The position numbers and the translations under genes were made by a program. Under the pieces are notes generated by a model. The model saw only the letters and a program-made list of their open reading frames with translations. It did not search any database and was not told where the DNA came from. Shown piece by piece: positions 54,867 to 64,000 of a stretch of 64,000 bases of DNA (positions within the stretch are counted from its first letter, which is position 1; each line of letters opens with the position of its first letter). The DNA is from Gemmatimonadota bacterium. GTDB taxonomy: Bacteria; Gemmatimonadota; Gemmatimonadetes; Longimicrobiales; Gaopeijiaceae. The stretch is from NCBI GenBank assembly GCA_034521595.1, contig JAXHMG010000003.1, forward strand, positions 2,144,001 to 2,208,000. The letters run 5' to 3'.

Positions 54867-55928
54867 ATGAGAGGCCCCCTATCCACGGTCGTTCCACTCC
54901 TATCCGCGCTCCTGGTGTCCGCCGCGGAAGCGCAGGAACGGAGCCCCTTCCAGGTCGGCGAGATCCAAACCGCCCCGGGCCAGCGGAGCTCCGGATTTCT
55001 GGAAATCCCCGAAGGCGTGGATGAGGGCACGCGGGTGCCCGTCACCGTCGTCCACGGTCGGGAGCCCGGCCCGGTCCTGGGGCTCATCGCGGGGACGCAC
55101 GGCTACGAGTATCCGCCCATCCTGGCGCTCCAGAACCTGCGTGACGCGGTGGATCCCCGAAGCCTTTCGGGCACGCTGATCCTGGTGCACGTAGCGAACA
55201 TGCCCTCCTTCCTGGGGCGCACGATCTACCGCAGCCCCATCGACGGGAAGAATCTCAACCGAGTCTTCCCCGGCAACCCGGAGGGCACCGTGAGCGAGCG
55301 CATCGCCGACGTTCTCACCCGGGAGGTCATCGAGCCCGCCGACGTCGTCCTGGACATGCATGCCGGGGACGGGAACGAGGACCTCCGGCCCTTCATTTAC
55401 ATGCCGGTCACGGGAGAAGGAGCCCTCGACCGGGAGGTGCGGGAGCTGGCTCGGGCCTTCGGCATCGACCACATCGTCGTCGACGAGGCCCCCGACGTGA
55501 ACCCCGAGCAGTCTCAGTTCGTGGACCACACCGCCATCAGCCGCGGCGTCCCTGCCCTGACCACCGAGACGGGGAAGCTCGGCTCCACCGACAGGGCATG
55601 GGTGGCCATGGCCGAGGAGGGTGTGTGGAGGGTCATGGCCCACCTCGATATGGTGGACCGCGAGCCCGAGCGCACGGAGGGGGTGGTCTGGCTCGACGAC
55701 TACGAGGTCATCGCCTCGCCGGCCACCGGCCTGTTCCGCCCGGCGGTCGAGGCCGGATACGCCGTGGCCGAGGGGACCCTCCTCGGCACGCTGGTGGACC
55801 TGTTCGGCGATCCGGTCGCCGAGATCCGGGCCCCCTTCGCCGGGGTGGTCAACTACGTCGTGAGCACGCCCCCCGTCTCCGAGGGCGAGCCCTTGGCCAT
55901 GGTGAGCCGGGTCCGGGACGGGGGCTAG
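54867..55928 (+). CDS. Succinylglutamate desuccinylase/aspartoacylase (M14-like) family secreted protein
   Basis: AGTHGYEY; DGKNLNRVFPG..GT.SER; LDMHAGD; C-terminal barrel-sandwich-like domain. Confidence 0.88.
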   Translation: MRGPLSTVVPLLSALLVSAAEAQERSPFQVGEIQTAPGQRSSGFLEIPEGVDEGTRVPVTVVHGREPGPVLGLIAGTHGYEYPPILALQNLRDAVDPRSLSGTLILVHVANMPSFLGRTIYRSPIDGKNLNRVFPGNPEGTVSERIADVLTREVIEPADVVLDMHAGDGNEDLRPFIYMPVTGEGALDREVRELARAFGIDHIVVDEAPDVNPEQSQFVDHTAISRGVPALTTETGKLGSTDRAWVAMAEEGVWRVMAHLDMVDREPERTEGVVWLDDYEVIASPATGLFRPAVEAGYAVAEGTLLGTLVDLFGDPVAEIRAPFAGVVNYVVSTPPVSEGEPLAMVSRVRDGG

Positions 55929-55970
55929 CTCCGCCGCGGCAGCGCCAGCCAGCGCTCCCGATAGGACGGC

Positions 55971-57461
55971 TCAGGGCCGGTTTCGTGCTGGGACTTCGCT
56001 CGGCAACCTCAGTCGTCGATCGCCGGATTCGTCCATGGCGTTCGTCGCGTTCAAGAGCTCGACCGTCCGCTCGTAGTCGCTCCACGGAAGCTCCGAGACG
56101 AGCTGTTGCGCGCGGTCGAGCATCCGAACGAACGGCTGGGCGTTGGACTGGTGCGAGAGGGCCTTGAGCGCTCTGAGATAGTCATCCCGGTAGCCGGTCG
56201 GGACGATGATCCGAGTGTGGCCAGGCGCCACCATCGCTGCGTTCATGATGGCACGCGCTACTCGCCCGTTGCCGTCGGCATAGGGGTGGACTTCGCTGAT
56301 CACGAACATGAGGTATGCGGCCCGAGCGAAACCGTCGGGGAGGCTGTCCAGGAGCCCGTGTGCCTCCCGTAAGGTCCCTCGCACCAGGTCAGGGACCACG
56401 AATTGTGTGCTTCCGGCCCGATTCGGCTTCCTCTTGAAGACGCCCGGAGTATGCTCGGGGCGTCCCGCCATGATGCGAGCGTGCGCTTCATGCAAAACGT
56501 CGATGAAGGCCTCCGGACCCGACGAAATGCGATCCATGGCCTCCCTCATGAAGCTCGGGTCGCTCACGAGCGAAAAGGTGCCGAGGATATCGTGGCCGTC
56601 GGCGGGACGCGCTTCGGGGACGGATCCGCGTAGCACGATGTCCCGGGCCTCCTCGAGCTCGAACTCCGTGCCTTCGATCCAGTTGGAGAAGTAGGCGTCG
56701 AAGAACGAGGCGTTGGAAAAGCCGTCCGTTCCGGGCGAGTACGGATCAGGGCGATCCCGGGTCGGTGCATCCAGGAGCGTTCGATGCAGCTCCTGAAAGA
56801 GCGGCAGTCGGTCGGAGTCGTACGGATGACCGGCGACGCGGGAGCGCCCCGCGTCGGAAACCGGCGCGTCGCCCCGCGTTCTCAGCAACGTGCCGATCAT
56901 GGCGTCGAGTCGTGCGAGCTCCTCTGCCGCGTCCAAGTCGTCGCGTAGGCGCCGAGCTTGATCCCGAAGGCTGTTCAAATCCGCTTCCCCACGCGCTTGC
57001 AGCCGCCGCTCGAGTCGTTCTTCGATCTCCTCCATCGGGAGGCCCTTGTCTCCGAACTTCTTGCCCGAGCGACTCGGCTTGAGGCACTCGAGGAACGCCC
57101 TGGGACGCGAAGCCAGATACAGCGTTTCCATGTACGGCTGATCACCGTCCAGCGGCCCGGGCCCCTCGTGGATCCACAGCTTGGTCCCGTGAAGATCGAG
57201 CCGCTTCTCGGTCGGCGCGACCAGATGGACGACGCCCTCGGGCGACGGCGCCAGCTCGAGCGCCGTGCGATAGCCGATCACGGTGCCCGGGGCGACGAGC
57301 CGCACGATCTCCCAGATGTGCTGCCGCACGAGCGTCGGGAGGGGCGTGACGAGATCGGTCGTGTACAGACCCCTCCGAATCCGACGCACGTCACCACGAG
57401 CAAGAGCCCGGCTGACCGCGCTCGCGTTTTCGCTCGTGCTCGTGAAGAATCGTTCGAACAT
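55971..57461 (-). CDS. Fic-domain protein with N-terminal AbiEi/wHTH-like region
   Basis: HPYADGNGRVAR Fic motif; AYFSNWIEGT; N-terminal LARGDVRRIRRGLY. Confidence 0.88.
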   Translation of the reverse strand: MFERFFTSTSENASAVSRALARGDVRRIRRGLYTTDLVTPLPTLVRQHIWEIVRLVAPGTVIGYRTALELAPSPEGVVHLVAPTEKRLDLHGTKLWIHEGPGPLDGDQPYMETLYLASRPRAFLECLKPSRSGKKFGDKGLPMEEIEERLERRLQARGEADLNSLRDQARRLRDDLDAAEELARLDAMIGTLLRTRGDAPVSDAGRSRVAGHPYDSDRLPLFQELHRTLLDAPTRDRPDPYSPGTDGFSNASFFDAYFSNWIEGTEFELEEARDIVLRGSVPEARPADGHDILGTFSLVSDPSFMREAMDRISSGPEAFIDVLHEAHARIMAGRPEHTPGVFKRKPNRAGSTQFVVPDLVRGTLREAHGLLDSLPDGFARAAYLMFVISEVHPYADGNGRVARAIMNAAMVAPGHTRIIVPTGYRDDYLRALKALSHQSNAQPFVRMLDRAQQLVSELPWSDYERTVELLNATNAMDESGDRRLRLPSEVPARNRP

Positions 57462-57499
57462 TTGGGGCCCGGAGGCAGGCTAGAATGAAATCAAATAAA

Positions 57500-57533
57500 G
57501 TTTTGTGAACCGATTGTGCAATCTTTCATAAAA
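57500..57533. promoter_or_regulatory. AT-rich nested inverted repeat upstream of the fic gene (candidate operator)
   Basis: ttttgtgaa..gattg-tg-caatc..ttcataaaa. Confidence 0.4.
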
Positions 57534-57668
57534 CAAACACCCCATATCGACACCCGAAGTGACTTTGGCGGGTCCGGCCCTCGACCGCGACCGGAGCCAC
57601 GCATTACGATGGAGCGTCCCGCTCCGCTCGTAGCGGGCGCTCGCCTCCCTCCCCAGCAGGAGCCCCAC

Positions 57669-58163
57669 ATGCTCGTCGGCGTGCTCTCCGACATCCACGA
57701 CCAGCTCGCCAACCTCGACCGCGCGCTCGATCTCCTCGCCCGGGAGCGCGTCGAGACCATCCTCTTCTGCGGAGATTTCTGCTCGCCGATCCCGGCGCGC
57801 GTGCTCGGGACGTGGGACGGCGTCGTGCACGCCGTGTTCGGCAACGGAGACGGCGACCGGTACAGGATCCTCGACGCCGCCCACAGCGGCGAGGCCCCCG
57901 CGCTCCGCCTGCACGCCGAGCACGCGGAGCTGGACATCGGAGAGCGCCGGGTGGCCCTCACCCACTTCCCGCTCTACGGCCAGGCGCTCGCCCGCACGGG
58001 CGACTACGACGCGGTGTTCAGCGGCCACACCCACGAAATCCACGAGGAACGCTTCGGGGACGTGCTGTGGGTGAACCCGGGTGAGATCCTGGGATGGAAG
58101 GGCGACCCGACCCTCTGTCTCTGGGACACCGCCGAGAACGTCGGTAGGATCGTCGCGGTGTGA
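57669..58163 (+). CDS. Metallophosphoesterase (YfcE/MJ0936 family)
   Basis: AGGAG RBS; SDIHD; CGD; GNGD; THFP; GHTH; NPGE. Confidence 0.9.
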   Translation: MLVGVLSDIHDQLANLDRALDLLARERVETILFCGDFCSPIPARVLGTWDGVVHAVFGNGDGDRYRILDAAHSGEAPALRLHAEHAELDIGERRVALTHFPLYGQALARTGDYDAVFSGHTHEIHEERFGDVLWVNPGEILGWKGDPTLCLWDTAENVGRIVAV

Positions 58164-58210
58164 GGGGGCCACGACTCGTTCCCGAGAATCGTAGATATAG
58201 GCGAGCGGGT

Positions 58211-58597
58211 TAGCAGCCCGTGGCAGAAGTCTGGTGGTCCGGACCCGTGCTGCGCCCGGGTGCCCCGGGAGCGCCACGGCCCGTGCTCCTATGGCGGAGT
58301 CCCGAAGGCATAGCCGTAGCGGCGCACCCGCGCGCCGAAGGCCGTGGTCCGAGGGGCTCTGACGGGGGCACCCGCGCCCGGAGGGCGTGGGTCGGGCCGA
58401 TGCCGCCATCGGGCACCGCCGCGCCAGCGGTGGTCCGAGGGCACTAGGGGACCAGACGCTATCGCGTCGGTGCCCGCGGCCGCATGCGGCGTTGGCTCCA
58501 TTCGCCGATGCTACGGCATCGCCTTCAAGAAGCCGCCTTGCCTGCGACACGCAAGACCCTCGTGCGCGGACCACCAGACTTCTGCCACGGGCTGCTA
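58211..58597. mobile_element. MITE-like non-autonomous element (about 385 bp)
   Basis: tagcagcccgtggcagaagtctggtggtccg (58211-58241) is the exact reverse complement of 58567-58597; flanks TTAG/CTAG; no transposase inside. Confidence 0.85.
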
Positions 58598-58738
58598 GTC
58601 CACGGGTCCCAAGGCTTCGGAGATCCGTACCACATAGGTCCGCACGTCGTCCAGCGAGGTTCCAGCGGCCCGCTCGAGCCTCGATAGCCGCTGCTCGACG
58701 GTTTCCAGTAGGCGGCGGACCGTCCCGGCCTCAACCAC
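58595..58738 (-). pseudogene. hepT: HepT (HEPN/DUF86) toxin remnant with internal deletion
   Basis: 47 aa VVEAGTVRRLLETVEQRLSRLERAAGTSLDDVRTYVVRISEALGPVD overlapping the mntA stop. Resembles joined N- and C-terminal helices of DUF86 proteins with no RX4-6H motif. Confidence 0.6.
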
Positions 58739-59192
58739 CGAACGTGCCCTCGCGGATCCGCTCTCGTTGCCTGCGACTGAAGAGCGCCCGGGCGGGCGCC
58801 ATGTCGTAGTACCGGCGACCGGTGTCTACATAGAACGCCCGCCTCGCGGGGAGGTCCTGGGCGCACAGGGGGATGCCGTGGGCGAGGACGTTGAAGCGGA
58901 GCTCGAGCGGAGCATCGTCGAGGACGACCACCTGGACCGGGCGCCCCGTCGCGCGCTCGAGCCTGCCCTCGAGGTCCAGCGCCAGGTCCACGCGTTTGGC
59001 GGCCGAGAGACGTCCTCCCATATGGACCGCGACATCGACGTCGCTCGCTCCGCGTGTTCGGCGTTTAGCCACGGAACCGAACAAGTATGCGAAGGCCACC
59101 TCCGAGGCGCCCGAGAGGATGTCCCGGAGCGTGGCAACGAGCTCCGCGTCAGGGCCGGGGCCGGAAGGGGGGTGGGCAAGGCTCATGGACAC
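58731..59192 (-). CDS. mntA: MNT minimal nucleotidyltransferase antitoxin (type VII TA)
   Basis: VAFAYLFGSVA......SDVDVAV (GSX10DXD); VQVVVLDDAPLELRFNVL..G..L; RYYD. Confidence 0.88.
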   Translation of the reverse strand: MSMSLAHPPSGPGPDAELVATLRDILSGASEVAFAYLFGSVAKRRTRGASDVDVAVHMGGRLSAAKRVDLALDLEGRLERATGRPVQVVVLDDAPLELRFNVLAHGIPLCAQDLPARRAFYVDTGRRYYDMAPARALFSRRQRERIREGTFGG

Positions 59193-59394
59193 AATCTACC
59201 CGGCGTGAGTGGCGGTATCCAGCCGGCGGATGGAACGGCCGCTCGGGAACTCTCGCGCCAGGTCCATAGTTTCAGCAGGTGGATCCTGCGGCCACGCCAT
59301 GTGCGCCGAAGCCACGGCTTGGCGAGCGGCCTTCGAATCATAGAGCGCACGTCGAGCTCCGCAGGGAATCGCGACTTTGTCGGGGAGCACCGTG

Positions 59395-59832
59395 ATGGGC
59401 CTTTTCTCGAGGATCAAGAGCGCTTTCGTCGGAGGCGGCGAAAAAACACCTCTATGGCAGGTCCCGACCTCGGACGGCGACATCGACCGGATCTTCGACG
59501 CCTCCCTCGAGAGACCGCAGTTGATCTACAAGCACAGCAGCGCGTGCACTCTTTCTTGGGCCTCGAGATCCAACCTGGAGGCGGAGTCGCGGGCCATTCG
59601 TGACGAGGCTGACGCGCACTACATCGATGTCCTGCGGGATCGCGCCTTGTCCGACAGGGTAGCCGAAATGGCCGAGGTGCCGCATCAGTCGCCCCAGGGA
59701 CTGCTCGTATACGGTGGCGAAGTCGTCTGGGAAGCGTCCCACCTCTCTGTCCGCGCGGAGGCCGTTCTCGATGCGCTGCGTCGGATCGGACCGGCCCCTC
59801 GAGTCGGCGACGACCACAGCTCGTCGGCGTAG
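59395..59832 (+). CDS. ytxJ: YtxJ/DUF2847 monothiol thioredoxin-like protein
   Basis: IYKHSSACTLS; R.LS..VA....VPHQSPQ; VVW.ASH. Confidence 0.85.
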   Translation: MGLFSRIKSAFVGGGEKTPLWQVPTSDGDIDRIFDASLERPQLIYKHSSACTLSWASRSNLEAESRAIRDEADAHYIDVLRDRALSDRVAEMAEVPHQSPQGLLVYGGEVVWEASHLSVRAEAVLDALRRIGPAPRVGDDHSSSA

Positions 59833-59886
59833 CTCGCCCCCGACACCACCGAGTCTCGAAGTCACGACCGAGCGAGGAGGAACGAG

Positions 59887-60507
59887 ATGAAGGTCGAGAT
59901 CTGGTCCGACGTCGTGTGCCCCTGGTGTTATATCGGCAAGCGTCGGCTCGAGCAGGCCCTGAACGACTACACGTCCGACGTGGACATCGTCTGGCGCAGC
60001 TTCGAGCTGGACCCGGCCGAGTCCACCGAGCCCGCGGAAGCGCTCGATGAGGCGCTCGCGGCCAAGTATGGGACGCCGATCGAGAACGCTCGTGCGATGC
60101 TGGAGCAGATGGCCCGCACAGGCGCCGAGGAAGGGCTCGAGCTCAACTTCGACGTGGCCCGGCGGGGTAACACACTCGACGCGCACAGGCTTCTTCACTT
60201 CGCGGCGGGCCGCGGCATGCAGCCCGAGATGAAGGAGCGTCTCTTCCGGGCCTACATGACCGAAGGGGTCCCGATCGCCGACCGCGGCGAGCTGGCCCGC
60301 CTCGCGGGCGAGCTCGGACTCGACGCTCACGAGGTCGGTGCGATGCTGGAGACGGACCAGTTCGTCGACGAGGTCCGGGCAGACCAACTCCGAGCGCGGC
60401 AGCTCGGCATACGGGGCGTTCCGTTCTTCGTGTTCGCCGGACGGGTCGGGGTGTCCGGCGCTCAGCCGGCCGGCGTGCTCCTGGACGCAATGCGTCAGGC
60501 CGCGTGA
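59887..60507 (+). CDS. DsbA family oxidoreductase (FrnE-like)
   Basis: MKVEIWSDVVCPWCYIGKRRL; NTLDAHRL; GIRGVPFFV..VSGAQP. Confidence 0.92.
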   Translation: MKVEIWSDVVCPWCYIGKRRLEQALNDYTSDVDIVWRSFELDPAESTEPAEALDEALAAKYGTPIENARAMLEQMARTGAEEGLELNFDVARRGNTLDAHRLLHFAAGRGMQPEMKERLFRAYMTEGVPIADRGELARLAGELGLDAHEVGAMLETDQFVDEVRADQLRARQLGIRGVPFFVFAGRVGVSGAQPAGVLLDAMRQAA

Positions 60508-60844
60508 TTCTCGGAGCGATCGGGTAGGGCGCGGCGGTCACGAGGACCGCCGCCGCCCTCCCACACCACCGGACGTACGGTTCCAAATTCTTGGAAAGAT
60601 GGGCCACGGCCGGATCTCGATGGGCGTCTGCATGAGATAGGGCACGAGGCACACGGCCGTGAGCGCGAGGTATCTCGGGTTCTCGGGGGAGGGCTGCATC
60701 AGAGGCATGTCGGCAACGACGGTGGTCGGCCCCGCACCTCTACGAATCTCTAACGTCCCCGGGAGGCCCCGGCCCGGCTCCTCGCCGGAGGCCCACCGTC
60801 CGTACTCATTGTCCGCCGCTCCGCGCCGGCGTTGCGTTGGTCGT

Positions 60845-61324
60845 TCAGTTGCCTATGACGAACGGCAGGTGCCCGAATAACACGAGCCCTTTCCCGCCGC
60901 CTACCTCCGCCTTGACGCCGACCGTGGGACGGAGGCGGCCGAGGTTGAGGTAGATGCCGCCGCCGAGATTGACGCCGAGCCTAGTCTCGCTTTCGGCCAT
61001 CAGTCCGCCCGACACGTTGGCCACGTTGACACCTCCGAGGATGTATGGCGCCACGCGCGCTCCATCGGAGAAGGCATACGTGAGATTTCCGTTGAACTCC
61101 AGGTAATCGACGCCACCCTCGGGAAAGAAGTAGAGAAAGTCCGACATGATGGCGACGCCGGCGCCGAACTCCGTGAGGGGTACGTTGAGCGCCGCGCCGA
61201 TGCCGACGTCGTAGTCGTCGTGCCAGCCGATGGCGGGGCCCAGGGTGGCCTGCGCCTGACCAGCCTTCGGGGCGACCAGGAGGATGCCGAGGGAGAACAC
61301 GGTGAGACGAACGAAGGGACGCAT
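60845..61324 (-). CDS. Small outer-membrane beta-barrel protein (OmpA-TM-like)
   Basis: GGAGG RBS; signal ending AGQAQ; alternating strands FLYFFP..EFNGNLTY..PYILGGVN..GVNLGGG. Confidence 0.75.
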   Translation of the reverse strand: MRPFVRLTVFSLGILLVAPKAGQAQATLGPAIGWHDDYDVGIGAALNVPLTEFGAGVAIMSDFLYFFPEGGVDYLEFNGNLTYAFSDGARVAPYILGGVNVANVSGGLMAESETRLGVNLGGGIYLNLGRLRPTVGVKAEVGGGKGLVLFGHLPFVIGN

Positions 61325-61643
61325 ACTGAGCCTCCAGAGGTAGAGTCCTGCCTTCAGGCGCCCTCGGGTCCGCCGGGGGAGGCAACGGCCGAGCGCGGAA
61401 CATGCAGAAATATATCGTGATACCCGAGGTTTGGGGATCACGCCCCCATGGCGGACGTCACCGGGGCCGAAGTGGCTGAAGGCGTATCCCGGGAGCGATT
61501 CGGATGGTGCGGCCTTCCAGTCACGGCGCTGCCGCGCCATGCCTGGCGTACATGCCCAAAGAGCCCCAGCCCGCACCTGGCGAGCTGGGGCTCTTCTTTT
61601 GGCAACGGTCCCGGCAGGAACGGTCCGGGATCAAGCGACCCTT

Positions 61644-63695
61644 CTAGGGCGTGTTCTGGTTGCCGTTCTGGTTGTTGTCATACGTCGTGCCCACTTCCGT
61701 GATCACCGAAGTGTCGGAATCGCGCCAGATGCCATACGTGGAGCTGTGGCGGACCGTGGCGTTCGTAAGGCTCAGGCTCGTGCCGGCATCCATGCGGAGG
61801 TTCCCTGCTCCACTCACGTTGCTCATGTCGCCGCTTCCGGCGTACTCGATGGTGAACTCCGTCAACTCGTGCGTGAGCGCATTCGTGTCGAACACCACGC
61901 CGCGCCAGTCGCCCTGTGCCGGCACATCGGCGGCCGACGTGAACAGGACGCCGTCGGAACCGGTGCCATTCGCGACGAGCTTGCTCGAACCCGCGAAGAA
62001 GAAGCCGGCCGCCTCTTCGAACTCGACCTCCACGCCATCGGCGAAAGTGATCTCGCCACCGAAGCGAAGCACGTCTCCACGCTCGATCCGATACGGGACA
62101 TCGCCGAGCAGCGGCGTCACGGTCCCATCGACCCCGGTGGCGCCGTCATCGACCAGGACGTGGGCGGCCGTGTTGTTGGTGAAGTCCGAAGCCGCGTCGA
62201 TGGCGATCATCTGGCTGGGCAGGATGTAGGCCGGCGCCTCGGTGTTCTCGGCGAACAGGTTCGACGCGAAATCCGGCAGCGTCGCGTTCTCCAATTCCAC
62301 ATAGAGACCGTACGAGCCACTGTGGCGGACCGTCGAGTTCGTCAGCTCCAGAACGTTGTCTTCGATGGCGATGTTCGCCGATTGGTCGAGGCCGGAATGG
62401 GTCGCCGCGTTGCCGCCGTACTCGACCGCGGTATGCCGGATGACGTGGCGTACCGGGCTGGAATCGAAGCCGATGCCTCTCCAGAACCCGGCCGTCTTCT
62501 CCGTTCCCGTGAGCAGCACGCTCGACGTCGCATCACCGCTGATGGTCAGCGTTCCGCCGCCCGTGATGTACAGCCCGGCGGCTTCGCCGAACTCGATGTG
62601 CGTGCCCGCGGTGATCGTGAACTCGTCGGAAGCGCGCAAGACGTCGTTGCCGTCGATGCGATAGGGCACGTCGAGCGCCGCGATGGTCGATGCGTCGCCG
62701 AACGTCTCGGACTCGTAGATACGCACCACGGAAGGCGTGGACGGGTCCCCGTCGTCAAAGGTCGAGCCCGAATCCATCGCGGTCATGAGCGCCGACGGCA
62801 GGTAGGCCGACGCAGCGGCGTTGCCCGAGAACGTGTTACCCGCGAAGCCCGGCAAGCCGGCTCCGTTGTCGGCGTAAAGCCCGAAGACCTCGCTGTCACG
62901 AATCGTCGTGTTCGTGATCTCCACATTGACGTCGCGATCCAATACCACGGCAGCGGCGTCGTCGATGTTCGGGTACGTGACGCCCACCTGGCCGCCGTAC
63001 CCGATCTCGACGTAGCCCAACTCGTGCGTGTTGCTGTTGGGCGCGAAGCCGAGTCCACGCCAGTGGCCGGCGACTTCGCTGGTGCCGGTCATGAGGATCG
63101 GGTCGGACGCGGTGCCGTTCGCGAGCAAGTGGCTCGATCCACCTCGGATGAACAGACCGGCGTCTTCCTCGAACTCCACGCGCACGTCGGGCTCGATCGT
63201 CAGCGTCGCACCGTCGAGATCGATCGCGGCCGTGACGCGATAGGTCGTGCCCGACATCCACGTCGTGTTCGCCGTGATGTCGGCGTCGACGATGATGAGG
63301 TTCGCCGACTCGGCCGTGACGGTGACACTCGCGACGTCGGTGCCATTGTTACCGTCGTCCACGGTGACGGTCGCGGTATAGTCGCCCGTGACGTCCGGCG
63401 TGAAGGTCGGTTGCTCGGCGGTGTCGTCCGAGAGCTGCGCACCGGCTCCAGCCGGGGTATCGAGGCTCCAGGAGAAGGCGAGGCCGTCGTTGTCCGGGTC
63501 GGACGAGCCGGACGCGTCGAGCGTGACCTCCGTGCCGACCGGGACCGTGGCTTCGGCAACGCTCACGTCGGCAGTGGGGTCACCGTTCCCCGTCGAGTCG
63601 TCGGGCTCGGTGACGCTTCCGGAGTCACAGGCCGTGAGATAAAAAAGGCTCGTAGCGAGACTGAGTACGAAAAATCGGCTTGAGAGTTTGGGCAC
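61644..63695 (-). CDS. Lipoprotein with PKD domain and three repeated beta-helix-like units
   Basis: Lipobox LTAC; VTLDASGSSDPDNDGL.FSW..F.PD..G.Y...VTVDDG; three units of VEFEE.AG..I.G...L.A.G.....L.T.....G.WRG..F......I.Y.G. GTG start inferred. Confidence 0.82.
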   Translation of the reverse strand: MPKLSSRFFVLSLATSLFYLTACDSGSVTEPDDSTGNGDPTADVSVAEATVPVGTEVTLDASGSSDPDNDGLAFSWSLDTPAGAGAQLSDDTAEQPTFTPDVTGDYTATVTVDDGNNGTDVASVTVTAESANLIIVDADITANTTWMSGTTYRVTAAIDLDGATLTIEPDVRVEFEEDAGLFIRGGSSHLLANGTASDPILMTGTSEVAGHWRGLGFAPNSNTHELGYVEIGYGGQVGVTYPNIDDAAAVVLDRDVNVEITNTTIRDSEVFGLYADNGAGLPGFAGNTFSGNAAASAYLPSALMTAMDSGSTFDDGDPSTPSVVRIYESETFGDASTIAALDVPYRIDGNDVLRASDEFTITAGTHIEFGEAAGLYITGGGTLTISGDATSSVLLTGTEKTAGFWRGIGFDSSPVRHVIRHTAVEYGGNAATHSGLDQSANIAIEDNVLELTNSTVRHSGSYGLYVELENATLPDFASNLFAENTEAPAYILPSQMIAIDAASDFTNNTAAHVLVDDGATGVDGTVTPLLGDVPYRIERGDVLRFGGEITFADGVEVEFEEAAGFFFAGSSKLVANGTGSDGVLFTSAADVPAQGDWRGVVFDTNALTHELTEFTIEYAGSGDMSNVSGAGNLRMDAGTSLSLTNATVRHSSTYGIWRDSDTSVITEVGTTYDNNQNGNQNTP

Positions 63696-64000
63696 TTGGG
63701 TATCGGCATTCGGGTGACAGGAACGCGAAGCGTGCTGTGCATCTGTACAGCACTCGGCATCGCAACTTGCGCGGAAAGCCTGAGTTAGCCGCACCTCGCA
63801 GAGCGAGGGGAAAGCTTAGCCGCCGCCACTGACCCTAACAGCAGACGAGCATAGGCGCACCGGGGCACGCGGCCACGGGGGCCATCGAGGGCAAGTCGTT
63901 GATGTCTACGAGGCGGCTTGCGCTTGGAGCGCGCTTTGTCATCGTGTCTTGGCACCGCACCGGGCCAGGCGGCGGGCCGGTAACCCGAAACACGGCGAGG

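Noticed and set aside
59196-59390. Possible transposase or other gene remnant between mntA and ytxJ
   Set aside because: Only a few suggestive residues (IHLLKLW) in one frame; insufficient support.
1-64000. CRISPR array, tRNA, rRNA, integrase or prophage genes
   Set aside because: None recognised by eye; the periodic sequences are protein repeats (PQQ, FG-GAP, PD40, Gly-rich). A covariance-model scan would be needed to exclude small RNAs.

Overview
A high-GC (roughly 70% by eye) Gram-negative bacterial window. The gene repertoire suggests Gemmatimonadota by inference: PadR with a duplicated ABC permease, BlaI with M56-TonB, SusC/SusD-like transporters, and many acidic secreted lipoproteins. 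About 45 intact CDS are supported. No rRNA, tRNA or CRISPR array was seen. Housekeeping-type genes (bactofilin, TerB, HDAC, E3 dehydrogenase, pheA, FrnE, YtxJ) are mixed with accessory blocks. (1) 39.0-50.2 kb: an AraC-like regulator followed by two tandem copies of a three-gene module. Each module has a conserved leader and a small secreted acidic Ig-like protein with an identical signal peptide but divergent mature part, then an Ig+PQQ-propeller lipoprotein, then a translationally coupled TonB-dependent receptor. The two receptors are of different types, and remnants of further copies lie at 38.7 kb and at the window start. (2) 26.5-37.5 kb: a block bounded by a 286-bp duplicated 3' end of a lipase-maturation-factor gene. 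It carries a Ser/Thr kinase, an ECF43-type sigma factor, a stand-alone kinase-N-terminus-like protein, a Gly-rich surface lipoprotein and a cholesterol-dependent-cytolysin-like lipoprotein whose domain 4 is replaced by FG-GAP repeats. (3) Four toxin-antitoxin toxins (RelE/ParE, VapC, HipA, HepT) are each broken by a different lesion. The window also has an IS256 fragment, a MITE with perfect 31-bp inverted ends and a frameshifted BCCT transporter. All family calls come from motifs recognised by eye; no searches were run.
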